From: Callorhinchus milii
Taxonomy: Eukaryota
Assembly (NCBI RefSeq): GCF_018977255.1
Contig: NW_024705483.1
Location: 1 to 40,747, forward strand
Length of the DNA stretch: 40,747 bases
Reading direction: 5' to 3'
Shown: piece after piece, positions 24,301 to 37,663 of the stretch
How the letters are laid out: each line of letters starts with the position of its first letter
Position numbering within the stretch: position 1 is the stretch's first letter
Notes under the pieces: generated by a model
What the model was told of the DNA's origin: nothing
What the model saw: only the letters and a program-made list of their open reading frames with translations
Database searches by the model: none
Position numbers and translations under genes: made by a program

Positions 24301-27300
24301 CAGAGACAGAGATTAGGTTCGAGAGCACAACGTCGCGATCGTAATAGGATTATGACTGGCCACTTGCCCGGCGTTCGTACTGCGGTACGAGGGGATTTCC
24401 AGTATCGTAACCCCGGAGACCAGCAAGGGTCGCCTTTGTCAGTATTCTCTTGGAAAAAAGACTGTATCCCCCTCGACTGACGTCGTACCTAGCAGGCCCT
24501 ATTAGGTAACCTACCTTAACAATATACGCCACTCTTGCCCCAAAGTGTGGTGTCTGTATTAACGGCATCGTCAGCCCTTACGATTTTGTGGTGCGGTGAT
24601 TCATTTAACGTTCGATATGCTATTCGAAATAACTGTACGGCACGTGACAGCAAGAAGCGGGTTTTACGAAGGCTCCGTTACAAAACTTATTTCTCACAAA
24701 ATATTGCGATATGACAAGGGAAGAAGAACAGGGTCACGGCAAACGACATTTTGTCTGGGCGCCTACCCAAGCACAAGGGGAAAACTCCCGCAGGTCGCAA
24801 AGCGACAGTGTCCGAAGCAATAATCCCTCCCGTGTAAACACGACAGCTCTAAACCATGATAGATGCGTTCCCATGTTGTCACACTGACTCCTTAACGATA
24901 CATACTGTTATCTAGGATAGGGGGCTATAAAGCGGCCCTGTTGGACCCGATCTGACTTGTATTCAGGGTGCCAGATTGCGATAGTTAAGCTAAGCGTTGC
25001 TCCTCAGTCTTGCATATTTGCTTGTCACATCGATGCGGCGATCGGCTCTGCCGCACACTGGTCCCCCTCATCGGGAGCTCGTTCAGTCGCACTATACCCA
25101 CGTGCTACATTACTTATAGGGTCTTAAATCATCGCAGAAGTAGTCGGGCTTATTGTGAATTCAGGTTTTGGTTGGTACGCGTCACATATTCAGTAAAGGG
25201 TTGATACACTAGCCACATGGGAACTTTTCCAAGTTCAGTTTTAGTTCGACGTAACAGTTGCCGAGACGACTTAAACGACCTGGCATTTGAATCCTAACTT
25301 GAAGCACCTGTAGAGCCGGGCGAGGGCTGGCTTGAACTTCTAATGGGGGTCGGCGCGTTCCAGCGTAGGTAGATGTTGTGTTTAGCTCGCTACATCAAAT
25401 AACGGTGATAATTATCGGCTGCCTGTCAAGGCTAGAGCAGAGAACATATAAGAATGATTTAGGCTTTGCGGCACGCATCGATACAAACTCACCGGCCGCT
25501 CAGTTTTCTGTATGTGCCTTGCAGGTCCTTGCGCAGGACCGTGCGGTGTAGGAGAAACCCACATAGTTATAGTAGCAATCCGGTACATATTACTAATAAA
25601 AGTCAACGCCTCTGCCGAGCGCGATGGATTTCTGTAAGTGAGGGAGAGGTGCAAGGGATTCAATGGATGAAACGATGTGTTATCAATGCCACCCTCGGAA
25701 TAGGTCGGTCCTATGATAGTCAGTGTAAATTGGGTGGAAACACAGTCTTTAAAGTATACCTTAAATCTCGCTACTGTCTAGGGGCTTCGACCGTTGTTGA
25801 TAGGCTTAGAACCTCACCGTCTGATAGGGATATTCCGGATGGTCGCTGATAAGCGGTCACGCCTCTTAAGATGTTGCGCAATGACGTTGACGACTTCTAT
25901 TTAGCTGCTTTCGGTGGCAGTGAAGCGAAACGTCAGATCATTAGTGTTTTAAGTGTTAGGGTCGGTTATCGTAGAAGGAAGTTCGGGGACGGTCGATCCC
26001 GCGCTTAATAGATCATTCTCTGGGTGGTCGTACTAAATATGGTAATCAATGTCAAGAAGCTCGCGCGGTCGGAACGTGGCCTCGGGTCGTTTGGCAAAGT
26101 TCGGGGAAGTATCACAGCTCTCGTAGGGGTTAGAGGCTCAGTACGATTTATCATGAGTATGGGATGAGTAGCGATACGGATGGAGAATCATGACGGATTG
26201 AGGGGCCTCCCACAAATTGTCCTGAGTACTCTTACTGAGGACTCGTACCGAACCAGGACGTGTTTCCGGTAGCACGTTTAGGCGCTTGGATCAGGGCAAT
26301 CCGACAATAAGAATCCGAGCGAAGCTGCGGAGAGTCAACCTGAGTTCACTAACCAGGCGTAGTGTATGAATAATTATCTCTTGGAATGAGAAGCACGTAC
26401 GAAAAGACACCTCCAAATTGGTATTACAAGGGCTGCGTGGCGGAAGGGCGTTGTTCGGCGCGGCCCGCAATCCTTGCGTATAGTTTTCCCTGTTGGACTA
26501 GGCGGACCATAAGCCCAACCCGGCGAAGGAATATAATGTTCGAATACAAATCCAGTCGTAGTGTTCCCAGTCAAATTATCAGGGGTACCTATCGGTACGC
26601 GAGTTGTAAGCGATCCCCCGTTAACGTCCATCTAATCACGCGAGTGATTACGGGGCCTACCAAATCAGGATGCCGGTAGGATTAGTATCCCGGGCTCAGG
26701 GACCAACTTGGCTTGCCAAGGTCCTGTGAGACTACGATTGAGCGAGAGCCTAAAACTCACTTTAGAAGGGTTAAGATACCCGTATAGTAGCCGTTTGCTT
26801 GACTGAAGACTCTGTCTCCAGTTCAAACGAATTGCTGGCCAACTAACGATATCGCCATGTTTCGACGCAAGCGCATTGGTTTTCAGTTTCACGGGCTTAA
26901 ATATCATTCATGCAGGATGCCGATAATTTATTGCGAATAAGCCCTGGGTGCTCCCTAGGGGAGAGTGTACCGCACCGACTCTTCATGGGCGTCGATCTGA
27001 CTGGAACCCGTAATCCTTATGGTTAACAGTTACGCGCTTAAAGGGTCAGACCAATCTGCCGCAGCCTAACTGTTAAGACAGTCTGTTAACACCATCAAGC
27101 GACGTTCTGTAATATTTTCATGAACATGCGGCAGCGTACAGCCGGGCCTCTAAGGTTAAGCAGCCACGTGAACTCGTTGGCAACGTAGCTGTGGTAGCGT
27201 AAAACTGTAGACTCTAGGCAAGGCCCCATGATCTAGGTTGTGACATTACGGTCGCACTCACGGCTGTATCCTGGCGGCCCATTGCCTCTTTGTGAAGATC

Positions 27301-30300
27301 CTCTTCTTGTTATTAGTGTTAACCGGTGAGGCATATCGTGGTAAGCTCGCAATATTACATAGTTTCTGATAAAGGATATCCCGAGGCCGCACTAAGATGC
27401 CACTTGTATGTAAGCCACCCGGCAACGCTATGTTACATCATACTCTCGTCTCCAGGACAGAACATCGACATGAGTGCAAGCGTAATAAACTCCGCTAGTA
27501 GCATATGAAACTAGTACAAAGTGGTTGTGTAAGCAACACTCCACGGACTACTCTGAGCACCATCTTACAGAACTAAAATACAATTTCGCCGTGCAGCTCA
27601 ACGTTTCCGCCCGTCCAAGGGAGGAGCTGTGAATAATCAAAGAATTTGAGGTAAAACCGCGTATCTCGGAGCAAGATTTAAAGGCTTGATTCGTGCCATC
27701 ACCTATCTCAATGCTATCACTGTGATACAAGTCCGACGCCGGCTATAAGCTGTAAGGTAAAGTAGCACCGTGGCCCTTGGTAGTGGCGGTTTGGGGGGTC
27801 GGTTACTCACGCTCGCGGGCGTATTCTGTCTACACCCCTTCAATACTGTTAAACCTGCGCTCTGTCGAGGTGACCATAATCTCTATCGGGGAATCTACTT
27901 GTCTGCGGACAAAGCTCCTAATGACGCCACAAGAATGTGAAATGGCGCCCGGATGGAAGGCAGCGCTAGTGAGACCGCGATCAGAAACATTGGCGAGGCT
28001 CGGCTCTCTGGCCAGGGAGAATCCATAACACCATGCAGAAGTCTTAAGGATCAAACAATCGCGATGAGTGCGGTAATGGGAACTTATACTCAACATTTAA
28101 CAACTTGGACATTATGTGAAGCATGCTGCTGTGCCATTATCCCCTGGTAGCAATTATAGACACCAGTCTAGATCGATTGATGTGACCCTTTCCGGGCTTA
28201 GGGGGGAGTATGCCTATGTAAGAAATTCTGTAGTCGTCCCAGACACTCCAGGAAGTTGACCAAGGGCCAGCGCAGCCAACACCAGAATATAGTCTTAAGG
28301 GAACGGAATTGGGTGATGGAAATCGGGGTTAAGGGTTCATAACCTAGTTCGTTATGCAGGCTTCTGCTCGCAACGTATTATCGGTGCGCTCTCAGGCAGC
28401 CGAATTCATCCTAAGGACAGGGACCGTAACCGTAGTTATACTGTCCAGATTCCACGTTAAAATGTCGCAGAATCACTTATCTGCGTGTGAGCCCGGTGTA
28501 TAGCCACACAAGTATTTCTACGGACTGTATCCAACACTTGATAGATCCTTGGGCCCCATCGCTCAGTCGGGGAGACCCTTCTCCGCGTGCCCCGGCCACG
28601 AGTGCACGTAAGGCGGAAGTGATTTCGGCCGACCTGAGCCCCGACTACCTCTGATTCGGGTGCATACGAAGTTTGGCGTACCCTCCCGCGTGGACTCTTT
28701 AATATTTGAGGTAATATCAGGCAGATTTATTAGCTGAACAATTTTGCCGCTGTGGCTCGAAGCGCCGAGAACTGAAAAAAGTGGTATTTCGATATATAGC
28801 CAGCGGTGCGCTGGACGAGGAGTGACGCGCGCGTAGCCGTAGTAGACTTGTAACGTCGTATGAGCTAGCATGAGATGTCAGCATGAGTGCTCAGAACAGG
28901 ACCCTTTGTATAAGATCCCTGAGAGGCCCCGGGGTGTCGATGCCCAGTAATGTCCCCATGACAAGAGGCATTGTTCGTACACATTTTCTAGCGATGCCTC
29001 CCAGGAACCAATGGTATGATGCGGCCCCAGCTACTCGGCAAGGTAGCGGGATGCGTGTACCTGAGGACGACGTGGGAAAGCTTGGTCTATAATAGACCTG
29101 TACCTGACGTATCAACGTCGGCGGAACCGACAGCGCCGTTGAGGAAATCGGGGACCTTGCGAGCTTCTATCCCGTCACCATGAAGTAATATATACTAGGA
29201 TGCGTGCACAACGTCATAAGTGGGTACTAACTGGTTACATATCCCTCACCGCGGGGGGCTGGGTGTGAGACAGACATTCCGTATGTTTACACAACCCGCT
29301 AGGAGAACATTAACTTAGTTCCCATATGCGCAGTGAGGGCAATATTTATGAGGAATCTCGACATTCTCGTCTCTTCCTAGACGACTCCAACTTCGATCCA
29401 GGTCTAAGCAACCGCACGTCATGGATATACAGGCAGGGCCGGTGAAAACTACTCCAGTGCTCTGATATACAATCAAGTGCTGGCCGTTTGTTGGGAGCGC
29501 GCCAATCACGAATTATCTCAAGTATTCAGCGCATTTATGCATGTGTGGAGGTGACCCTGGTCGAAAGGTCCACTCTGGTTGTCGACCTCACGTGCCGAGA
29601 GCCACATTCACATGAGAGGGTCTAGGGTTTGTGGTGTACTACCCTAACGAGGCCTGCGTCTCCCAGATTAGCAAGGGATCCTCTGCTCCAGCGAGGCGCG
29701 TCCTGTCGTGGAGCACTCATGGATTCACAGGGATCGTAAAAAAAAACGCCAAGAGCGTCTCCGTCGAATTGGGACCTAATCGATTAAACTCCCGTCCGCG
29801 CGTAGGCTCCGAGGCATGCTATATGCTACTAGCCTCACCGACGGGCACTAGGACGGAGGAAGTTCATAGGTTACGCAAGAACTAAGTAGGAACCCGGGCC
29901 ACTTTGATTCTTTTCCTAGGTATCGGGTACGGGTGGAGTCGGTCGACAACGGCCCGGCGTCCCGTCGCTGTTCACGTTCATGTTCTACTCATACAGGTAC
30001 CCGGACACGCGGTCTCTCAATGACTAACACGACGGTTCCGGGAAAGCGTGATCAAGAAGAAACACATTTTGGGGACCGAGCATCACCACTAGATTGTGGT
30101 AGTACTAAGTATTCTGCCCATTTTGGCACAACATGCCGGCCCGGCCCCCATGCCCCACTCCCGAGGACGACCGATGGGGAGACCACAATTGAAATCCTCT
30201 GCCCCCGCAAATTTCAGTTGCGCGTCCGGGTCCACAGGAAGAACCTATCCCTCAAAGTTGGAGCCGGCCCAAGTTGCTCTGAAAGACTCCTTGTCGCTGC

Positions 30301-33300
30301 AAGACACGGGACAGCGTAAAAACTAATTCCATTAACAATGCCTATGTACGATGGCCGCCCGCTGGCCGTTGTCTGATAAGTAAATGGCAATTTGTTCTTG
30401 GAATCGTAGCGCTGATTTTTAACACGGAGCATTAATTTCTCTCCTGCGCCTACTGCTAAACAGTTTGCTTCTTTAACAGGCGCCCTCTCGAAAGCAGGGC
30501 GGAGTTAAGACAACGTTTGGAGTAACCCAAACGGTTCAGACGACATCGGAGTTGGGCACACGTTCGTACTAAGCGCCGAGAGAAGCGTTTAGGCTTCGAG
30601 CTATACCGTGGTTCATTTAAAAGTGGCGCTCGACGGTCCGTTGGAGGATTCCGCCACCCGCCGTAGCTTTTATTTTGAGTGTGAGATTGTTTAGCAACAC
30701 AGCAAGCGTTTTAGGATGCAGAACCAGAAAATATTTCGTTGTTACACACGAGAGTGACAGTTTGCTTGCAAAATACCTAGTAACAGGGGTGCGCGCTACA
30801 ACCCAGGAAGGGTCCCAGGACCGGGTGAGCTAGCTTTACCAGGGCCGTTTTTCTTCCGGGCGCATATATCGTTCCGCAGGAAGCGGTTGGGAATTCGTAC
30901 CGAGTCTGAACCAGTGTGGCAGCTAGTTAGTTGTCGAAAGTTACGGCTGGACATTAGACTGGACAGGTAATCGGAGCGCTACATTGACGCAAAGCCTCAT
31001 GTGCTTTCCCAGTGCATACATCTAAGCCCTATGGTACATTTCAATAAATGTTGGTCTACTCCCTTATGTACTAACACAGCGGGCTCCTATCGCTCATCGC
31101 AGCGGTCTGTTATTCGGCATTTTTGCGTACGCTTTCAGAATCACCGTTCTCTAAAGCCCAACAAGAGTCAACCTCTAGTAATGAACTCCGCTGATGACTG
31201 CAGACAGGGACAATCACCTACGCTACCATTACTGAGGCGTCCCTAGCTGTAAATGCTTGGGGGTTTGAAAGGATGTGCGCCCAATCAAAGACTGGCAAAT
31301 ATAACGGGGGACCGCGCTGTAGACAGGATCACGTAGTCCGTCCACTCCTCGTGTTGGCGAACAGAGTGAGTACTCCCCGTATGGTAACGGGACTACGACA
31401 GTGCGGCTAGTCGGACTCCGACCCACTGCGCTTTGTCGTTTACGAAGTGAAACTGGGCCCCAGTACACGTATGCCGGCCTAGCGGAATAAACTCCCTACG
31501 TAGAGTAGGGAAAGAAGTTCTTTAGATGCATGAAATTGCAGTCCGAGCGGCATTTCATTTGGTCACTCGGACCTGCGCCCTCGTGTCAATACGATCACCA
31601 ATTATAGCGAACCAGTAAGCTCCTTTAATAGGCTTGCAAATAAAGTAGGCAACATTCCAAATATCCGGTTTACGGTCAGTTAACCTTCCGATCATCAAAC
31701 TGGAGTCTTGCAGTGCTCTATGTCCGAGAGCAAGACATTTCCGCTCTAGCAGAATCGATGGGCATTATGGGGGGTCACGCTCTCAAATCGATCTTGGCGC
31801 ATGGCATAAGCTCTATGTCATAACTGTCTCCCATGGTATCTACAAGTTACGAATGGTTTCCGACGAACTAGTCCGAATTCCGGGGGCGGTCATACGAAGA
31901 CGTGGGGACGTCATTCTCCTGGCTTCGATCACTTTCCAACGTCATTTAGAAATGAGAAACCTCGTTTGTCCTTTTTAGCGCCAATTAATACTCCGGCGTT
32001 TTGCTAATGTACGGCTAACAACTCCACTAAAGGGCAAGCGGTCGTTATTGGTTTTACCGCGGGGAAGTCAATAATTATAGTAAGACGGGCTAACCGCCTA
32101 CCGTGTCTCCGAGTTGGTTTGGGACCTTAATCCTTCTAACAAGTTTTCCGCGTTCGCGGTCCTTAACACCCGGTCGTTTTAGCCAATTAACGCGTTGCAA
32201 CGACATAGGAAGTCTCGAGAGTATGCGAAGTCGCGGAAATATACAACCTCCCCTGCCCTCACTCGCAGACTGACGAAATGCGAAGCTACTAACCTAATCC
32301 AGCACTAATTCCTTTGCAACATAAAACCCCATGAGCGGAAATTATACACTTATCTCGCGCGAATTCTCTGAGCCAATCCGACGTTGGCACCATCGAAATA
32401 TCCGTTGGATTGAGGGGAATTCGCTACGCTAGAACAAATATGACCGAGCGCGTGCAACTGAGAACCGGAGGAGGGTTAGCCCGACCAGATGGACCACGGA
32501 TATCACTGTATGCGGGTCAACTGGGATAACCACGAGTTCAGGCCCTGATGGGACAGGGAACAGGTGTGCTAATGAAAGTGAACCCGACTTGCAAGGTCTT
32601 GAAGTAGACTGACTTACTGTAGTACTGTTGAGACGAGTGTCCCGATGAACAGGCGAGGTTGCGAATGCGATCATAAGACATTTACAGGTGACTAGTGCTA
32701 AGGCGTTCCGCAGGGACGTAGATGGGTTCTCAGCGGAGCCCGCCGGTAAAAGCATTAGCGTCTAAGGGACCTTCATCCGTGGAGGTGTTTTCCCTGTCGA
32801 GTGTGTCACTGGGTTCGCGATCAGAAACCATTGGGTCTCGCCATTTGAAACGTCAATGCCTAGCGTAGCTACGCTGGTTATAATAGACATATTGCCGTCA
32901 CAGTCCCAGCCGGTCTGGAGGCGCTAATAACCGCCCCGTAAGAAGGGACATAGATCACCACACACCTAGTGCGTGATCTGACCAGTATACGCAGGTCCTG
33001 GAGCAGAGCATGGCGAAGGTTGTCGATGCGGGACTGAGACGGGGGATATCGGTATGTAAGGGTACAGTGCCTGGAGACCGTGTGGGATCAGGATTTACAA
33101 GCCGTCAATCTCCTTAGATAGTGGGAGTATGAACGATACACTAACGGGGGCCTACAAACTCGAGGTGCGGAGCCAACTTATCACTCGCTCCGCTCCATAA
33201 CTCCATTCTAGTTCATTATGTCAGCTTCGGGGAATTCGGGCTTCCCAGACAAAGTCATCACCGCTCTGTAAGCTGGTGTCGTGAGCGGTCGATTGTCGCT

Positions 33301-33800
33301 CTCTTGCTTATAATTAGCCCAGAGCTATCATGGTGGATCTCCTGGATTACATCGAATGTTTCCGCGGTAACACACATATACGGATAGTTGCAGCCAATTC
33401 TGATGTCGGCGGAAAGTTCACCCCGGTGTTGTCGGAATGAGGGGCACGTGGCCGTTGCTCTCACACCAGCAGTTCGGCTATCGTACCCTGCTGAGCTCTG
33501 GCTACATGTCCGGACCTCGTACCACTCGACCCTCGGCTGAGGGAGACCTCCGCATAGAACACGATTCTGTGTCGGTGATACATTCTCTAACACTTCCCGG
33601 CCTTCAAGCCACACCTATACCTGAGCTCGGATACCTGAGATTATCAACTGTGTTCAATAGCCCGGTAGAGACAGCTATAAATCTACGGACAAAGCAACTC
33701 TCTAGAATTTAAGCCTGTGTATCAGTTTTAAGGTAAATTGACAAGGCAATTCGGTACATTGTCACGCCCCCGACGCTTCACCCCGCGCATATGGTCTCAC
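15395..33800. other. Random-like, featureless block (probably artificial); right boundary approximate
   Basis: Near-uniform composition. Hand count ~25 CpG in 15421-15720 versus ~3 in intron 7501-7800. Longest listed ORF is 128 aa and none is recognisable. No microsatellites, transposon fragments or exons seen. Confidence 0.85.
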
Positions 33801-33873
33801 TTATGCGTTACGAGCAAGGAACGCAGCAAGCCTTTGCCCGGCTTATTCTTCCATTTCACAGCTGAGTCGGCAC

Positions 33874-34055
33874 CTGGGGTTCTGGCTGATGCCTGGGAAG
33901 GTGCAAACGCCGCGGCAGTAGAGCTGGTAGCGGCGACGAGTGCCCAGCACCTCCAGGTTCAGCGTCTCTCGAACTGATCCGCATCGTTGGCAGAGAAGCT
34001 CACGTGCAGCTCCACCTGACTGCCCGCGTCGACCACCCAGCGGAAAGTCTTCAAC
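33874..34055 (-). CDS. HYDIN: HYDIN exon with 1-nt deletion (RLKTFRWVVDAGSQVELHVSFSANDADQFE/x/TLNLEVLGTRRRYQLYCRGVCTFPGISQNPR)
   Basis: CAG| ... |GTGCCG; resembles human 'RLNHFRWIVPANGEVTLQVHFSSDEFGNFDQTFNFEILGTCCQYQLYCRGICTYP'; 182 nt where a phase 2-2 exon needs 183. Confidence 0.9.
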
Positions 34056-34226
34056 CTGCCGACAGCCCCCCGTCAATGTAAGGGCGTGCGATCACGAGCA
34101 GGCGTGTCTCACACGGCGCGTTGCATCAGCAACCGTGGCCATGTAAAACTCCACCCTATGCCTACACCACGAATGCAGGGACCGTGGCTGGAGATAGTGT
34201 CGGGTGTACGTGTCGGCCTTGCTCAC

Positions 34227-34432
34227 CTTGTTGCACGGCTTTCTGCTACTGACGCTTCGCCTTGCTGCGTGCTGCCCATCTCACCATCCACCTGAGCGCT
34301 TGCAGGCTGGCCCAGAGGCTGTGGGGGTGACCGAGTGGCGCTCTTTCTCTGTGGAGATCGAACCTTCTCTCTTGCGCTGTCCAGTTTGTCCTTGCCTCGA
34401 CCTTTGCCCCTGGTAGGCGTCGTGAGCTCCTC
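34227..34432 (-). CDS. HYDIN: HYDIN exon (EELTTPTRGKGRGKDKLDSAREKVRSPQRKS...AESRATR)
   Basis: CAG| ... |GTGAGC, 206 nt, open frame, phase 0 to 2, compatible with neighbours. Confidence 0.82.
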
Positions 34433-35864
34433 CTGGTATGGCAGCCAATGATGTAAGTCACATCACGCAGATGTCATTTGGTCTGTCCTAATATTAAAAA
34501 TCATTTTTCACTCCACTCCAATTACAATTGTATTGTTTTCCACTGCAGAGTAGGACCTTGTCATTTCACTGGGCACAACGTACGCTAACATAGTCTGAGA
34601 ATTTTTTTTTATTAAATGTACGGAAGCAACTGTTGTCCTGAATATGATACAAGTACTGTGAGAACTGACAGTGACGGTAAGCAGGTTGATATACAAACCC
34701 AGGAAATAAGGATCAGCTTCAGTGACAATTTGATTAAATGACCCACGTCATGATTAATTAAGCATGTGTTAATCAGCTAATTCAATTATTAACACTTACT
34801 ACCAGTTAACTTCAATTAGAAACAGTGCAAAGTAAAATTTTTTGTGAATATGAACATTATTTTCAAGTTGCAGATGTACAAATATAATTTGATACGTGTA
34901 CAGTATTTCACATGAATTAGGGCTTATTAATGTATATTATTTACACGAAGTGCAAAACCTAGTCTGTAACATTTTTATTTAAATTTCATTAACTATTTCA
35001 TGCACTACGATGACAGCAATATTAGTATAGGATGCTTTGAAAGAAATAGAGTATTGTAACGAATAAAGTAATGTATTATTACATAATGAAAAATGTGGTT
35101 CTGGATGCTAAAAACACAGCTTAGCTTTAAATTGCCTTTTACTCTAAACCCACATTGCAGAGAAGCCAGTATCACAACAGAGGTGTCAACAAAAAAAAGT
35201 GACACATGTTTTACTGTTTGGCCATATCGGGTGGTGGAGGGTTACGACACATTTATAATAACGCGATCTGACTCAAAAACCTATATTATGAATAATGTTG
35301 ATCGCGAAAGCCTACGTGTTAAACAGAGGTGGCATGTTCAAACATATTCCGAATATGGGAGCCGTGAAAGTCTTGGCACACAGCTTTCCATGCTTTAGCT
35401 TACACCCCTTTGCATATCCACTGTTAGATGAAGCTCGACCTCCACTGTTAGGTCATGGTGGTGGTTTGACCATGCTGGTCAATGCGGATTTGCGAACAGG
35501 GGTGCAGAGGACCCGTTCGGATATCGCGCACCATTGACGTTCGCTGTGGTGAAGTCAGGTGGCCGTGTTCACGGCACGGTGCGATGACCACAGCGCTATT
35601 TCTCCACCCCGATATTTTCTATTCATGTGCAAATCAGTCCGCTGCGTGTTGCATGCACCTGGCGGCTGCTGATCACAGGACGTTGCACCTTGGGGGGTGA
35701 CGAAAACTGGGGTTTGAGGAAAAACTGCTCTATACATTGACGATACACCTACAATAAGTGGAGGAGTAGGCTGAGTTGGGGTAACGTGTGCAGGGCACTG
35801 CTTCCTCCAGCCGCTTCGTTAAGAACACCTCTCGGGCAGCGCAGCATCATCTTATCTCATGTAG

Positions 35865-36290
35865 ATTTGTACAACTCCCTTGTCCAAGGTGCTTACAATA
35901 TATATAAAATTGTACGTTCGATTATAGTGGTTCACATAAAAAGTGGGGTTATTGAAAGCGATGGTGTAGTTATGGTGACAGTTAGGAGGGCAGGTGGGAG
36001 CGGTTAAGGAGGTGTAGGGGTAGGCCTGCTCATAGCTGGGGGAAGGGCTGGGGCAGGGAGTAGCAGTAGCAGGGTGGGCAAGGAAGAAGAGATGGGGCTT
36101 GTTTTAAGGGAGGAATGGAAGCAGGTCGGTGAAAATGATTGTTGTATGTGCAGTGGGAGTTTCTTCCAGTGAAGGGGAGCAAGAAGGCAAAATGAATTAA
36201 TGCGAGACTGGGCGCAGGGCGACGGAGGCACAGAGAGGGACAGTAGATATTGAGGATGGGGTGGGACATTGTAGGATATTAGAGAAGCAA
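35865..36290 (-). mobile_element. L2/CR1-group LINE 3' fragment
   Basis: Minus ORF 36004..36231 contains SFCLLAPLHWKKLPLHIQQSFSPTCFHSSLKT, like the L2 ORF2 C-terminus (SFS..AP.LWNSLP.HIR.....FKS.LKT); tail TGTAAGCACCTTGGACAAGGGAGTTGTACAAAT at ~35897-35865. Confidence 0.65.
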
Positions 36291-36338
36291 GATATGGTTG
36301 GGCAAGACCATGGAGGGATTTGTAGACTAACTCAATAC

Positions 36339-36543
36339 CTTAATACAGGGCTCGGGCTCCGGCTGAACCTCTTCGTTTGGATCTTTTTCATCCATGCTCG
36401 TTTCCTCCACCGCCTCCACAAACTGGAAGCGCTCGATGGGCTTGGGAGGTAGGCCCTTGCGCTTGCCGGGGAACGGCACTACTGACAGGGTGACCGGTGG
36501 TGGGATAGGGGCCCACTGGACCCAGGCCCAGTCCGTCCAGAAC
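36339..36543 (-). CDS. HYDIN: HYDIN exon with frameshift (VLDGLGLG/PSGPP/IPPPVTLSVVPFPGKRKGLPPKPIERFQFVEAVEE...EPCIK)
   Basis: CAG| ... |GTATTG; resembles human 'ILDILGLGASGPPIPPPALFSIVSYPVKR'; 205 nt, not a multiple of 3. Confidence 0.88.
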
Positions 36544-37240
36544 CTGCAAAGAGAAAAGTCATCATCATATCAGCAAGAGTCATAAAAGTGCAAATGAAAA
36601 ATGATATGAAGACATTACACTGGAAAATGGGCTGAAATCCACACTTGTAGGATTCTTAAGATGACACTTTCTTTTCACCTCTCAGTACTCATTCATTTGT
36701 AGTGCAGTTACTTATAAAAGATGCAGATATAAACACGATTTTTGTGCTGTATACTTAATACATTAAGCATCACAGTGGTGTGCATATGGTGGATGTTGTA
36801 ATGGACACTTACGTAGAGAGAACTAAACATGGTGTTTAGGGTTCCATTGTAAAGTAATTGTAATAACTTTTTTAAAACAAAGAATGGCTTTCATATTCGT
36901 GGAATATGATCAAATCTACCAAATGAATGCATTGACCTGTGTTGAATTTCTGACCATACAAAATCAGTTGCAAGTGATAACTTAACCCATGGTCATACAA
37001 CCACAATGACTGACAGTATTTCAGGCCTTCATTCATCAATGTAATGATGGAATTCAAATGATTGTATTTGTTTATATATCAAATATGTTACACGCATTAT
37101 TATCTCTGTGTTATAGATGCTCATTGGCATAGCACATTTTAAGGGGTGTTAGGGGAGCCGCATGGGGGCACAATCTGCCAATATGGTACCGGGGGTATTT
37201 TTATTAAAAGCAGGGGAAAGGTCAAAGGGTGCCTCTTTAC

Positions 37241-37663
37241 TTCGTCCACTGAGGGCAGCAGCTCTCTTGCCAGCAGCTTCTCTGCAACGGGTTCACGGGG
37301 ATCCGTGACCTCCAGCGCCACATGTGGGATGCCCAGCGCCGCCTTCCGTAAGCCTGGCCGTTCCTGCGCCACCCTTTCTGAATCGGCAGAGCCGGGCGCC
37401 GGAGACGGCTCGGCTTTCTCATCGCTCCGCAACTTCTCGAGCCGCTCCTCTCGGCCTTCTCCCGCTGCTCGACTCGTTCGCGTTCACGCTCCAGTCGCTC
37501 CCTCTCTCTCTCCTCTTGCTCTTCTTGCCCGACGGTGGAGGTTTTTCGTCCTCGCTTCGACGATGTCCTCTGTCTCGGGTGTGGGCGGGAGCACGAGCGT
37601 GCCCTGCGTGCGGTCCCAGAACTCCAGCAGCTTCTGCACGTCTTTCTGTGATTGCTCGTATGC
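37241..37663 (-). CDS. HYDIN: HYDIN exon with three 1-nt deletions (AYEQSQKDVQKLLEFWDRTQG...ERERERLERE...ERLEKLR...LLPSVDE)
   Basis: CAG| ... |GTAAAG; resembles human 'YELTLKDVQNILMYWDRKQG...ERERLEKE...EKAERERLEKLR'; the match moves through all three frames. Confidence 0.88.

Noticed and set aside
16781..24957. 14-mer GACCCGATCTGACT at 16781 and 24944
   Set aside because: About one such match is expected by chance in 18 kb of random sequence ((18400^2/2)/4^14 is roughly 0.6); it does not extend or recur periodically.
29738..29746. 9-A run within the central block
   Set aside because: A single run of this length is compatible with random expectation; no retroelement context.
15406..33712. 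Many 60-128 aa ORFs in the central block as a possible viral or prokaryotic gene cluster
   Set aside because: Short, sparse, rich in Arg/Ser/Leu/Pro as random codons would give, often non-ATG starts, with no recognisable domains or operon-like packing.
33874..37663. Programmed frameshifting/RNA editing or true HYDIN pseudogene
   Set aside because: Only run-shortening deletions clustered toward the contig end, with intact splice sites; sequencing error is more parsimonious.
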